Shown: positions 15,978-25,682, counted from the stretch's first letter. The stretch is DNA of 38,097 bases from Bacilli bacterium (GCA_050177775.1 JBFXGS010000003.1:1-38097); one strand, 5' to 3'. The notes: a model not told the origin generated them from the letters alone. Numbers and translations are program-made.

Positions 15978-17818
15978 TGGATATTTCCAAAACCGCTTTT
16001 AAGGAATATACGCGCTGCCCTCGCGTTTTTCCTTTAGAACAAATGTATTTGTTTAGATTGCAATCCGATGTAAATTTGTTTGACGACGAAAAACAAAACA
16101 AAGCTCGCGAAATTCTTTCCAAAATGTTTGATGATGAAACAGGAGAGGATTTATTAGCTATTGTTAATGACCAGATTGAAGTCATGCTGCCTTATTATCA
16201 AGAAGTTGAAAGCACCGCTTTAAAAATTGCTTCTGAGACCTTTGGAGTTTTCTTTCCGTTTTTTGAAAAGACGAAAGATCAAACGATGTTTTCTTTTAAA
16301 ACTCCCAATCATCGTTACTATACTTATTTAGATGGATATTATGAGGATGAAAAGAAAGCTATTGTGATTGAAGTCAAAGCCACAACTTCTCGAAAGTTTT
16401 CCCAATTGGGACCCAAGATTAAAAACCGCGATGAATATGACAGCATTTTTGAGAAGCAAGGAAATGTTTTTCATTTGCGAAAAGACTTAATAAATGAAAA
16501 CACCAATAACCGTTATCAAAAAGAATATGAAAAGCTATTTGATCGTTTTAGCGATGAAGGAAAATATGTTTTTGATATCGCCGTCGAGCGTTATTTTGTT
16601 GAACAAAGTTTAAAGCAAAAAAACAATTTTTCGCAAGAAAAAAAGCGCTTGTATTATTTGGCGGTTTTAAACAGCGAATATGAATATCTAGGTCAAACAA
16701 AAGAAGGGACCAAAGATTACCCGATATTGCCAGACGGAAAAGCTTTAATTGACTTCATTGATGTCACAGACATAACCGAAATGTACTTAACCAAAATTCA
16801 TGACATGTGGAAAGCGCTCGAAATAAACATTAATGAAAAAACCTTGCCGGATGCTTATTGTGGGGCAAAGTGTCAATTAGGCAAAGGTCAATCATGTTTT
16901 TTTGAAAAAACTTGTTGGGAAGATTTGTTTAACCAACCTTCTGTTTTAGACTATATGACGCCCAAATCATTTCGTGATTTTAGCGGAAGAAAACTTGATA
17001 AATTTGATTTAATCAACGAAGGCTATCGAAAATTCCAAGATATTCCTTTTGGGTGGATTACGAATGATAATCACTTAATTCAACGCCAATGTTTTGATAA
17101 TCAAGAAACATATGTTGATAAAAACAAAATCAAAGCCGGACTTTCGGAAATCAAATATCCCATCTATCATTTGGACTTTGAAAGCTTTCCGTGCCCGCTA
17201 CCAAGATTTAAGGGAGAATATCCTTATTCCCAATCGCTCTTTCAATTTTCAATTCACATCGAAAGAAAACCGAATCAAGCATCAGAAATAGACGATCACA
17301 GGTCCTTTTTGGTGAATGACTTACAGGATCATCGGGAAGAGTTAATCCATAGTTTAATTGAGGTAATTGATTTAAGTCATGGAGGGACCGTTCTTGTTTA
17401 TAACAAGAATTTTGAATATCATCAAATTAAGGAATTAGCCCGAATGTTTCCCGAGTATCAACAAGATCTTGATAATATTTGCAATCACATTTTTGATTTA
17501 AAAGACTTAGTTAAAACTTCTTCAAAACTATATATGAGTTTAGGGTTTTCTGAAGAAGAATCCAAAAAAGTCAATTATTACCATGTGAAATTATCGGGAA
17601 AGTATTCGATTAAAAAAGTTTTACCGTTGTTTTCCAATCGGTCATATGCTGATTTAGATGTAAAAAACGGCAATGAAGCGATTGTTGCCTACGCTTCATT
17701 TCAAAAATTATCCACTGAAGAAATTGAAGAAAAACGCCAACAACTAATTGCTTATTGTCGTCAAGATACATGGTCAATGGTTGAAATCCTAAACAAATTA
17801 ATGTTACTAATCAATTAA
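15977..17818 (+). CDS. DUF2779-domain protein; putative PD-(D/E)XK nuclease + RNase H-like exonuclease fold
   Basis: YPIYHLDFESF...PYSQSLFQFSIH, VYNKNFE, IFDL, SIKKVLP, YCRQDT; N-terminal LDG..IEVKATT. Confidence 0.8.
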   Translation: MDISKTAFKEYTRCPRVFPLEQMYLFRLQSDVNLFDDEKQNKAREILSKMFDDETGEDLLAIVNDQIEVMLPYYQEVESTALKIASETFGVFFPFFEKTKDQTMFSFKTPNHRYYTYLDGYYEDEKKAIVIEVKATTSRKFSQLGPKIKNRDEYDSIFEKQGNVFHLRKDLINENTNNRYQKEYEKLFDRFSDEGKYVFDIAVERYFVEQSLKQKNNFSQEKKRLYYLAVLNSEYEYLGQTKEGTKDYPILPDGKALIDFIDVTDITEMYLTKIHDMWKALEININEKTLPDAYCGAKCQLGKGQSCFFEKTCWEDLFNQPSVLDYMTPKSFRDFSGRKLDKFDLINEGYRKFQDIPFGWITNDNHLIQRQCFDNQETYVDKNKIKAGLSEIKYPIYHLDFESFPCPLPRFKGEYPYSQSLFQFSIHIERKPNQASEIDDHRSFLVNDLQDHREELIHSLIEVIDLSHGGTVLVYNKNFEYHQIKELARMFPEYQQDLDNICNHIFDLKDLVKTSSKLYMSLGFSEEESKKVNYYHVKLSGKYSIKKVLPLFSNRSYADLDVKNGNEAIVAYASFQKLSTEEIEEKRQQLIAYCRQDTWSMVEILNKLMLLIN

Positions 17819-17842
17819 AAAAAGGCTTTTCAGCCTTTTTTT
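17817..17842. terminator. Bidirectional intrinsic terminator between convergent genes
   Basis: AAAAAAAGGCT-TTTC-AGCCTTTTTTT. Confidence 0.85.
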
Positions 17843-19925
17843 ATTCAATCACATATAAGACATTTCTTGTAAAACCCAAGAACGTCGCAAGAGGATATTT
17901 GTAATAAACCGCTTTTAAATTTGGATCGTTGGTGATGACAAACGTTTCTTGGCCGATGATTTCATATCCGCGAACAACAATTAAGTGTCCGTTGGTTGTA
18001 TAAAGACCGGTGTTCCCCTTGATGCTAACGGCAACAGGACCAACATTTACTAAATGATATCTTAATTCATCCCAGGAATATATCTTCTTCACATAACTTG
18101 TTTCGCCATAGGAACTTATACCGACGGTGTTAAAAACCCAATTTCCGTAAATGTTATTTCCATAATCTTTAAAAAGAGGTGAGGTTTCTTGATGGGGAAG
18201 CGGGTTGGAAAACTGATGTCCATAATACATTAGCAGCATTGTGGAAGAAGTAACACTGCAAATCGAACCGCCGATGGTCGGGACATCGTGTTGGTATAGT
18301 TTCGGAACATCATAATCAACGAAATTAGGTAAGTTGGTCGTATCAACGGAATAAACATAATCAGGGATAGTTAAGGTCGCACCCACCAACCAAAGTTTTG
18401 GAGATGTTGAAGTTAAACTATTACGTCTTAACGTTATTTGAAATTGGAAAGCATTAGCTTGATTAGAATTGTTGATGATAATTTCATCATCATTCATGGA
18501 AGCAACGCCGCCATTTTGGTCAAACATGGCGTTTTGGCGACCAAAACCCCACGCACTATAAGATAGATAATTGCTCCAAACATCATTAACACGAACTCTA
18601 ATTTTTAATTCAACGGTCGCTTCTTGGCTACTTAGGGCCGACCAAGAGCCAACCAACCTTGTGAAAGGACTGGTTGAAATGATATTCGATTGATATGTTC
18701 CGGCGATACTTGTGTTTTTTAACACTACTTTATCGTTTTCAATTGTTAAATCCGGATGATTACTAATCAAAAAGTCACTTAAGCGGTGGGTATACATATG
18801 GGAACTAAAGTGTGTTTCACTCGGGTTTATGGCTTTTGTGGTAACAGTAAATTGTTTTTCCATTTTGTTTTCTCCTATCATTAAAGTAGCCGTTAAAGTA
18901 ACAACATGGGCTGTTTCACTTAATGAAACAACTCCGGAAGAATTGATAATTTGGGGGTGACTTGATGACCAAGAAGCGGTTACTTCATAAGCAAAGGTCA
19001 CTTGCAATTCTAAATTTTGTTCAACTGTTGCCGGCAAAGACAGGGTAGAAGCAGCCATTTGTAATCGCTCTTCCGAAGTGTAAGTTAATACTTTGATATG
19101 GTAGTAATCTTCAACGAATAGATTTTGATAACTAAAGACCGCCGTTAGAATCACATCCGTATCCTTGGGACGATATTTCCATTCGCCTTTGTTTGTGAAA
19201 ACATCGGGTTGATCCGAAAACCAAGCAATGGTAACACCATCAATGTTTTTAGGAAGATTGATATCGGTGTTGGTTGTTGAAGGCAGGGAAATCTGAGATT
19301 GAGCTCGCTCGATGGCATCTTCGGGACTGATTGCAAGAACCATAATTTCCTTAAAAGGGAAAGAAAGAGGGCTAGAATTAATAACCGTCGATATTGACAA
19401 AAAAACAGCAGTATCCGTGCTCGGAAGGTTTACGACACCCTGGCTTGATAAGATATCGGGTAAAGAACTAGTCCAAGTAAGAGGAATGTTAATTTGATCT
19501 ATTTCTATTGAATTAGGTAATGATACATCAATATTAGTAGTATTTGGAATTGTTAGCTGTTGTTTTATTAGTTCAATTAAATCTTCTTCTTCCCAAGCCG
19601 AAACTTTAATTATTCCAAAATCAATGATTGTGTTTTCATCTTGATAAGTAATAACCGCCTGAATGTGGGCTTGTTTTTCAGATAAACCCGGATAAACCCT
19701 CCCGGAAGTATCAATTGCCTGTTCATTATCAGATTGCCAAGATAAGGCCACAGTCGCTTTCGATAATGTTAATTGGGTTGGGAACGTTAAATCTTGAGTA
19801 GTTGAACCAGGAAAAGCAATAGTTGTTTGGATTTCTTCAACTAAACTTTCCATTGAAGGTTGATTTGTGCAACCACTGAAATAAAATATTCCTAAAAAAA
19901 AGACAAGATAGATATGTTTTTTCAT
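17841..19925 (-). CDS. Lipoprotein with Ig-like repeats and C-terminal C39-like cysteine peptidase
   Basis: Lipobox FSGC; four W-x-S-x-x-P/E...G repeats; VPKLYQ..ICSVTSSTMLL, GHLIVVRGY, TNDP (Cys-His-Asp triad). Confidence 0.82.
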   Translation of the reverse strand: MKKHIYLVFFLGIFYFSGCTNQPSMESLVEEIQTTIAFPGSTTQDLTFPTQLTLSKATVALSWQSDNEQAIDTSGRVYPGLSEKQAHIQAVITYQDENTIIDFGIIKVSAWEEEDLIELIKQQLTIPNTTNIDVSLPNSIEIDQINIPLTWTSSLPDILSSQGVVNLPSTDTAVFLSISTVINSSPLSFPFKEIMVLAISPEDAIERAQSQISLPSTTNTDINLPKNIDGVTIAWFSDQPDVFTNKGEWKYRPKDTDVILTAVFSYQNLFVEDYYHIKVLTYTSEERLQMAASTLSLPATVEQNLELQVTFAYEVTASWSSSHPQIINSSGVVSLSETAHVVTLTATLMIGENKMEKQFTVTTKAINPSETHFSSHMYTHRLSDFLISNHPDLTIENDKVVLKNTSIAGTYQSNIISTSPFTRLVGSWSALSSQEATVELKIRVRVNDVWSNYLSYSAWGFGRQNAMFDQNGGVASMNDDEIIINNSNQANAFQFQITLRRNSLTSTSPKLWLVGATLTIPDYVYSVDTTNLPNFVDYDVPKLYQHDVPTIGGSICSVTSSTMLLMYYGHQFSNPLPHQETSPLFKDYGNNIYGNWVFNTVGISSYGETSYVKKIYSWDELRYHLVNVGPVAVSIKGNTGLYTTNGHLIVVRGYEIIGQETFVITNDPNLKAVYYKYPLATFLGFTRNVLYVIE

Positions 19926-19977
19926 TAAAATCACCTTATAAAAATTATAGCATAGATTTATCTATTAACTTTTTATT

Positions 19978-20988
19978 TTACTTTAACAATTTGTTTATTT
20001 TTGTTTTTAACCCTTTTGTTAAAAAGTAAAATCCAAGATCAGTTAAATGAACGCCGTCAACGGTTTCTTCATAGTTCAATTTTTTTAAAAGCGCATTACC
20101 ATCCACAAACTCCCAATTATTGTTTTGACATAATTGTTTTTGGAAATGATAATGATCCAAAAAACGGGCACGGAAGGATGGCTTATAATTGGCTAGAGCA
20201 TATGGATAATGAGAAATAATCATAACTTTCATCACGGGATGGGCCTTTGTAATTATCTTAATAAAAGTTTCTAGGCGATCTTTTAACACTAATGCTTCTC
20301 CGGCATTGGCTTCAACCTCCAAAACCAACAACTTTATGTTTGAAAAAGAGGAAATAACACGGGCCATTTCGGCTTCTAAATGAGCACTGCCGGAAAAACC
20401 CATGTTGATTATTTCATAATTTAAAGTTCGTCCTAAAATAGAAGTGCTATTCATCCCCGGTCGTGAGGCGCAACCCCCTTGAGTAATGGAAGTTCCATAA
20501 AAAACAATTTTTTCTTGGTTAATTGGTTCCGTTGCTTGGATGGTACTATTGTTTTCAACTCCAACCGCTAATTGTTTTAAATGAATATAAAGGGGAAAAT
20601 ACAATCGATATTCGTTAAGTTTATTGGGAAGCCCTTCCACAATATTTATTTCGTAATTTTCCGAATCAACTTTGGTTGTTCCTAAAAAAAGCCATTTATT
20701 GCCTTTATGAATATAAAGGTCACAACCAATTGTTCCGGTTGCCGTCATGTGGGCCATATAGGCCTTAGAAGACACACTGGCCCTTACACGAATAAACGAA
20801 GAATTAGTTGCGAAAGACAAATAAGCACCGCTCGGATGAAACTTTAAGAAATCGACCGTTTTGGAGATGCTTATGCCATTTGGCAAGCGACTAAGAGAGT
20901 GTTCAAGCGTATAAAAAGGTAAACCGTGAACATTGAAACAAGGAGCATCGTAATTGTAAAAAACGGGTTGTTTTAAGTTATTTTCCAT
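19978..20988 (-). CDS. SGNH/GDSL hydrolase with N-terminal beta domain
   Basis: FYGTSITQGGCASRPG, INMGFSGSA, DGVHLTDLGF; ATG 20988 follows AAGGTGG. Confidence 0.88.
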   Translation of the reverse strand: MENNLKQPVFYNYDAPCFNVHGLPFYTLEHSLSRLPNGISISKTVDFLKFHPSGAYLSFATNSSFIRVRASVSSKAYMAHMTATGTIGCDLYIHKGNKWLFLGTTKVDSENYEINIVEGLPNKLNEYRLYFPLYIHLKQLAVGVENNSTIQATEPINQEKIVFYGTSITQGGCASRPGMNSTSILGRTLNYEIINMGFSGSAHLEAEMARVISSFSNIKLLVLEVEANAGEALVLKDRLETFIKIITKAHPVMKVMIISHYPYALANYKPSFRARFLDHYHFQKQLCQNNNWEFVDGNALLKKLNYEETVDGVHLTDLGFYFLTKGLKTKINKLLK

Positions 20989-21074
20989 TTTAACCACCTT
21001 GAGTATTATATTACATTTAACTGTCAAAAGAAAAGAATAATCGATAATTTTTAAAATTAGATATATTTTCGAGT

Positions 21075-21100
21075 AAAAAAAACGCTTTTTTAAAAAAGCG
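21075..21100 (-). terminator. Terminator for the minus-strand channel pseudogene
   Basis: 18-bp perfect palindrome CGCTTTTTTAAAAAAGCG (21083-21100) followed by T8 on the minus strand. Confidence 0.6.
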
Positions 21101-21132
21101 ATAATTTATTATTAAAAAACAATAACGGTTTT

Positions 21133-22322
21133 TTATTTGCAAATCATAAAGATTGAATCAGTTTCGTTTAATATTATTTCGTCTTTTTGATTTAAATTTC
21201 CTTTAAAAATTTGGGTTATTCCATCTTTTACAATGCCGATAACTTTAAATTGGTTGTTACTTGATTTGTAAATAGAAAGGATTAAATCAGATTTTGCATG
21301 AAAGGAAAGAGGGAATTTACAGTTAAAAACAGCTTTAGTTTGATAAGCATATATTTCATATGATTTTTCGGCACCTTCCCCATCATAAGTTAATAAGTCT
21401 TGATATAGAGGAAATAAGAAACGGTTTTTACGAAGTTGAGTCATCATTTTACTGATATACTCATTACTGATAATGGTGTTTGTGACATGGTAACTTTTGG
21501 CGATGGCATAGTGTTTCGGATCAAGAAGGTCAATGACAATTTTAGCTTGATGCTTTTTGACGATTTCTTGAGCCATAAGGAGCGTTAATAAAACATCAAC
21601 ATCATAATCTTTTTGTTCCAGAGCGTCATTTAATAGAATTAAAACAGTATCAATTTTTTCAAGTTCTTGAATTTATTTTACAAAAACATTGAGTTGTTCG
21701 TTTTCTTCAGATAAAATTATGACGGCTTTAGCTTGCTCAATATGAGCTAAAACGAGGTCGCTTTTTGATAAGACTTCACCTTCTCTCACAATTATTTTTA
21801 TTTTGCCGCGGTGAACTTTTTTATCAAGCAGTTTGCGCTCAATTTCCGTTTCGATTGCTTCTTTTTTGTGTGAAGATAAAACAACAATATGCGTATTTCC
21901 TTCATTAAATCCGAAATTAACTCAACGGCCTTCGCATTCCAATTCAAAATTAAAATGTGGTCATAAATAAACAATTTGTTTTTTCCGACTTCTGATTGTT
22001 CAATAATTGAAGAAAACCAGCTGGCGACATAACCAATTATTCCGCCCGAAAAAGTAATCATGGAAGTAAGAATAACAAATATCGAAAATATTCTAATTGA
22101 ATAATCAACATCCGGATCATAAAATTCCGGTTCAAGCATCCACGTAATCCCCGATTTCCAAAGCGATGAAACGAGATTGCCATGGGTATCGAAAGACAAT
22201 AAAGATGCTAAAAGAGAAGACCCTCACCGCAAAACAATGTTAAAAATGACGATTATTAATAAAACAAGACCCCGAGTGCTTTTGGCACGAACAATACTGA
22301 AAAACCTTTTTATCGCTTCCAT
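21133..22322 (-). pseudogene. Disrupted CASTOR/POLLUX-like (TM + RCK) ion channel gene
   Basis: Manual translation: MEAIKRFF...NIVLR*(TGA 22224-22226)GSS..WMLEP..HILILNWN..ELISD; frameshift ~21910 to NTHIVVLS..IIVREGEVLSKSDL..EQAKAVIILS; TAA at 21673-21675; then in frame into the 21133-21576 ORF. Confidence 0.82.
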
Positions 22323-22467
22323 TTCAAAAACCATCAGACTTAAATTTTGTCCATTTTAACCCAATTCTATCACAATTATGAAAACGATCAACAAAAATTC
22401 CTGGGAGCAAAATCATCCCAAAATAATTAATTTTTAAATAACCTTTGCATTACAAATAATAAAACAC

Positions 22468-22496
22468 TTGCATTTTTATAGAATTTATAATATACT
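22468..22496 (+). promoter_or_regulatory. Sigma-A promoter of candidate sRNA
   Basis: TTGCAT-17 bp-TATACT; predicted +1 at G22503. Confidence 0.7.
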
Positions 22497-22502
22497 ATTA
22501 TT

Positions 22503-22601
22503 GCGCCGAGAGGCGTACTTATCCCCTACATATAGCAGTGAATAAGAAATTATTCACAACATCCCCTTCCTAAAACTGAGCCTTACCCCGGCTCAGTTTT
22601 T
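22503..22601 (+). ncRNA. Candidate ~100-nt small regulatory RNA with three unpaired CCCC motifs
   Basis: GCGCC-GAGA-GGCGT and GTGAATAA-GAAA-TTATTCAC GNRA hairpins; terminator AAAACTGAGCC-TTACCCC-GGCTCAGTTTT; own promoter; no ORF in the track. Confidence 0.72.
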
Positions 22602-22625
22602 CCTTATAAAAACAATGTTCCTACA

Positions 22626-22654
22626 TAGACAAACACGGCTTCATTTGTTATAAT
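22626..22654 (+). promoter_or_regulatory. Sigma-A promoter for exonuclease operon
   Basis: TAGACA-17 bp-TATAAT with TG extension, immediately downstream of the sRNA terminator. Confidence 0.7.
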
Positions 22655-22673
22655 ATTTGTGAGAAGGATTATT

Positions 22674-23555
22674 ATGGATTACATAGCTTTTGATTTTGAG
22701 ACGGCCAACCAACACCCCACCAGCGCCTGCAGTATTGGTTTGGTTGGTGTTACAAATAATAAAATGGAATTTTGCCAACAATACCTAATTAATCCTGAAG
22801 AAGAATTTAGTGATTTCAATATCAATATTCATCATATAACTCCCGAGATGGTTTTAAATGCCAGCACCTTTCCCGGTGTTTGGGAACAAATAAAGCCTTA
22901 TTTTCAAAACACGATTGTTTTTGCTCACAATGTGGCCTTTGACATTGGTGTTTTGAAAGCTTTAATAGAAAAATATGATTTAGAACCACCGCAAGTTAAG
23001 TTTGGCTGTACTTGGAAGATCGCTTCAAAATTATGGAAAGATGAACTTAAGAACCACCGTTTGAATACATTATCGGCTTATTTAGAGGTTGACCATCAAC
23101 ATCATGATGCCCTTAGTGACGCCAAGGTTTGCGTTGAAATAATTACGCGTGGGCAAAGAATGACCAGTACGAGTGATGTCTACGAACTCTACGATGCGCT
23201 GGGAATTCAATTTGGGAAATACGACCAAGAGCGCTTTTTACCAACCGTTAATAAATACATAAGAAAAGCGCCCGTGAAAGTGATAGAAAATGAGCTTCTT
23301 AATAATAAAGTCGTTTGTGTTCTTGGAAAACCCAAAACTTTGACGAAAGCAAAGTTAACAAATTTGCTCATTAATAATGGTGTTTTTCTTGAAAAAAACA
23401 TAAACCGAAGTTTGGATTATGTGTTGGTTTTAGGAAATTGTCCTAAAGCAAAACTTATGGTGGCGGTGATGCTTTCACAACACGGAGCGCCATTAAAGTT
23501 CATTAATGAACAAGAAGTGTTGGCGATGATAAAAGAGGAACCATGCCAGAATTAA
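22674..23555 (+). CDS. DEDDh 3'-5' exonuclease (DNA pol III epsilon-like) with C-terminal BRCT-like domain
   Basis: AFDFETAN, AHNVAFD, HHDALSDA; C-terminal NKVVCVLG..SLDYVLVLG..FINEQE. Confidence 0.88.
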   Translation: MDYIAFDFETANQHPTSACSIGLVGVTNNKMEFCQQYLINPEEEFSDFNINIHHITPEMVLNASTFPGVWEQIKPYFQNTIVFAHNVAFDIGVLKALIEKYDLEPPQVKFGCTWKIASKLWKDELKNHRLNTLSAYLEVDHQHHDALSDAKVCVEIITRGQRMTSTSDVYELYDALGIQFGKYDQERFLPTVNKYIRKAPVKVIENELLNNKVVCVLGKPKTLTKAKLTNLLINNGVFLEKNINRSLDYVLVLGNCPKAKLMVAVMLSQHGAPLKFINEQEVLAMIKEEPCQN

Positions 23556-24397
23556 GTTTTATTGCATCAGAAGCAAACGATCTTTTAACTTTTTTACAAT
23601 CTTTTCATTTGTCTAAAAAAAACATTCAAGAATTGTTTACCAATAAAAGCTTGGCCATTAACGGAATGGAAGTTATCAAAAATGTTCGTTATGAAAAAGG
23701 GGATTTAATTCTCATCGACTATTATGAAGACACGAAAATAACCCCTTTTTACCAAAAATTAGATATTGTTTATGAAGACGAGGACATCCTTGCTATTAAC
23801 AAACCCATCAACTTGTTGGTTCACCCCGACGGTAATAGCGAACAAACGCTTGATAATATGGTGTTTGCATATTATTTGCAAAAGAACAATTCTTTAAATC
23901 CTCGGCACTTGCATCGATTAGATAAAGACACAAGCGGGTTAGTATTATATGCAAAGCACTTGTTGGCTCACGCCTTTTTAAACTACCAAATTGAAAAAGA
24001 ATTAATTGAAAAACATTATTATGCAATTGTGCAAGGGGAAATGGAAAAGCCGAAAGGTATTATTGAACTTCCCATCGGCCGAAACCGTCACGAATCCAAC
24101 AAATACTTAGTAAATTTGCAGGGAAAATCAGCGGTTACCATCTATCATACCATCAAATCATCCCACCATTTCTCTTTGCTTGATGTGGTTATCAAGACGG
24201 GAAGAACCCACCAAATTCGGGTTCACTTTGCCCATTTTAACCACCCCGTTGTGGGTGATAAACTATATGGAAAACCAGCCCATCGATTAATGCTTCACGC
24301 TTACGGGTTAGACTTTATTCATCCAAGAACAAGGAATAGGGTAAGCATCAGAACAAGAATTCCCGATGATTTTTTATTTAAAAGCGAAAAGAGTTAA
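23543..24397 (+). CDS. RluA-family pseudouridine synthase
   Basis: IVYEDEDILAINKP, HRLDKDTSG, TGRTHQIRVH, VVGDKLYG, LMLHA. Confidence 0.93.
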   Translation: MPELSFIASEANDLLTFLQSFHLSKKNIQELFTNKSLAINGMEVIKNVRYEKGDLILIDYYEDTKITPFYQKLDIVYEDEDILAINKPINLLVHPDGNSEQTLDNMVFAYYLQKNNSLNPRHLHRLDKDTSGLVLYAKHLLAHAFLNYQIEKELIEKHYYAIVQGEMEKPKGIIELPIGRNRHESNKYLVNLQGKSAVTIYHTIKSSHHFSLLDVVIKTGRTHQIRVHFAHFNHPVVGDKLYGKPAHRLMLHAYGLDFIHPRTRNRVSIRTRIPDDFLFKSEKS

Positions 24398-24398
24398 T

Positions 24399-24893
24399 AT
24401 GCGAACTTTTATTGGAATTAAGCCCCTGGATTGTTTATATGATTTGGTAGTTGTTCAAAACAATTTAAGAACGCAAACCCAAGCCCATTTTACAAAACCC
24501 GAAAACATTCATTTAACTTTGTTTTTTCTGGGTGAAATTGATGATTCACAAATTGAGAAAGTAAAGAAGGTTTTTGATAAAATGGTTTTTAAAAGTTTTA
24601 GTTTGGAAATAAACGAAATAACCAATTTCAAAGACATGATTATTGCAAAAACAAAAAAGAATTTTCAATTAGACGGACTCTATAAAAAGTTAAAAGATCT
24701 TTTAATGGACCAAGGCTTTTTATTTGAAAATCGCCCTTATTTTTCCCACATAACTCTTGCAAGAGAAACTAGTTATCAAGTAAAAAAAGACGTTTCTTAT
24801 TTGTTTAATGTCAACACGGTTACTTTGTTTTCTTCCGAGCGTGACAACAATGGTTTAAAATATCGACCAATTGGCCGTTTTGACCTTGATTAA
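24399..24893 (+). CDS. thpR: RNA 2',3'-cyclic phosphodiesterase (2H phosphoesterase, ThpR/LigT)
   Basis: MRTFIGI start; two HxT motifs (HLTLFFLGE, HITLAR). Confidence 0.85.
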   Translation: MRTFIGIKPLDCLYDLVVVQNNLRTQTQAHFTKPENIHLTLFFLGEIDDSQIEKVKKVFDKMVFKSFSLEINEITNFKDMIIAKTKKNFQLDGLYKKLKDLLMDQGFLFENRPYFSHITLARETSYQVKKDVSYLFNVNTVTLFSSERDNNGLKYRPIGRFDLD

Positions 24894-24917
24894 TTTAGAG
24901 AGGAAGTACAAACAATC

Positions 24918-25682
24918 ATGAAAACAAATTTTCAAGAAGCCGAACTATTTCCTCCTTTTTTTTCTGACCCGTTTGAATTGCGTTTAGTAAGAACCAAAGA
25001 AGAAATGCAAGAAGTTTTAAAATTACGATATGAAGATTTACTATTGTACTACAATGCCGAGAACACGAACGAAGCCGGGATCTTTACCGATCAATATGAT
25101 GATTATTGCGAGCATTTAATAGTTATTGATCACACCGAAGAAATAATTGTCGGCACTTATCGTTTTGTTCGCAAAGAGCATTTAGTTAATACCAATAAAT
25201 TTATTACGGAAAACGAATACGATTTAACTTGTTTAAAACCTTATCCCATCATGGAATTAGGAAGAGCCGTCGTCAAAAAAGAATATCGTAGTGGGGCCGT
25301 TATCATGTTGCTTTGGCGCGGCATTTTTGAGTATGCGAAGTTAAACAACATTCAATATATGTTTGGAACAGCGTCATTTAACGGAACTAATCTTGAAAAC
25401 TACGAACACGGATTATCTTATTTATATTACCATTATTTAGCAAATTTCCATATTTCCGCTTTAGGGCCAACAAGCCGAAAATTAAACATTATGCCGTTGG
25501 AACATATCGATGAACATCTTGCTAAAAAACAATTGCCACCACTTGTTAAGGGGTATTTGCGAGTGGGAGCACAGTTTGCTTCGGATATTTTTATTGATTA
25601 TCCGTTTAAAAGTATTGATGTTTTTGTATTAGTCGACTTAAACAATCTTGACCCAAAACATGTTCAAAAAATAATAGGTTAA
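24918..25682 (+). CDS. GNAT N-acyltransferase, OlsB/Acetyltransf_5-like
   Basis: DQYDDYCEHL, IVGTYR, ELGRAVV..YRSG..LLWRGI, LPPLVKGYLRVGA, F..IDVFVL. Confidence 0.8.
   Translation: MKTNFQEAELFPPFFSDPFELRLVRTKEEMQEVLKLRYEDLLLYYNAENTNEAGIFTDQYDDYCEHLIVIDHTEEIIVGTYRFVRKEHLVNTNKFITENEYDLTCLKPYPIMELGRAVVKKEYRSGAVIMLLWRGIFEYAKLNNIQYMFGTASFNGTNLENYEHGLSYLYYHYLANFHISALGPTSRKLNIMPLEHIDEHLAKKQLPPLVKGYLRVGAQFASDIFIDYPFKSIDVFVLVDLNNLDPKHVQKIIG

Noticed and set aside
21895-21925. Programmed ribosomal frameshift in the channel gene
   Set aside because: No convincing slippery heptamer plus structure; other lesions indicate decay.
22224-22226. TGA as Trp (code 4) or selenocysteine readthrough
   Set aside because: All long genes are open under code 11 using TGG, and the same gene also has a TAA and a frameshift.
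22177-22359. 60-aa plus-strand ORF
   Set aside because: Antisense to the 5' end of the channel pseudogene; no RBS or recognisable motif.
22503-22601. tRNA, riboswitch or T-box leader of the exonuclease gene
   Set aside because: No cloverleaf or known aptamer motif; the downstream gene has its own promoter after the terminator.
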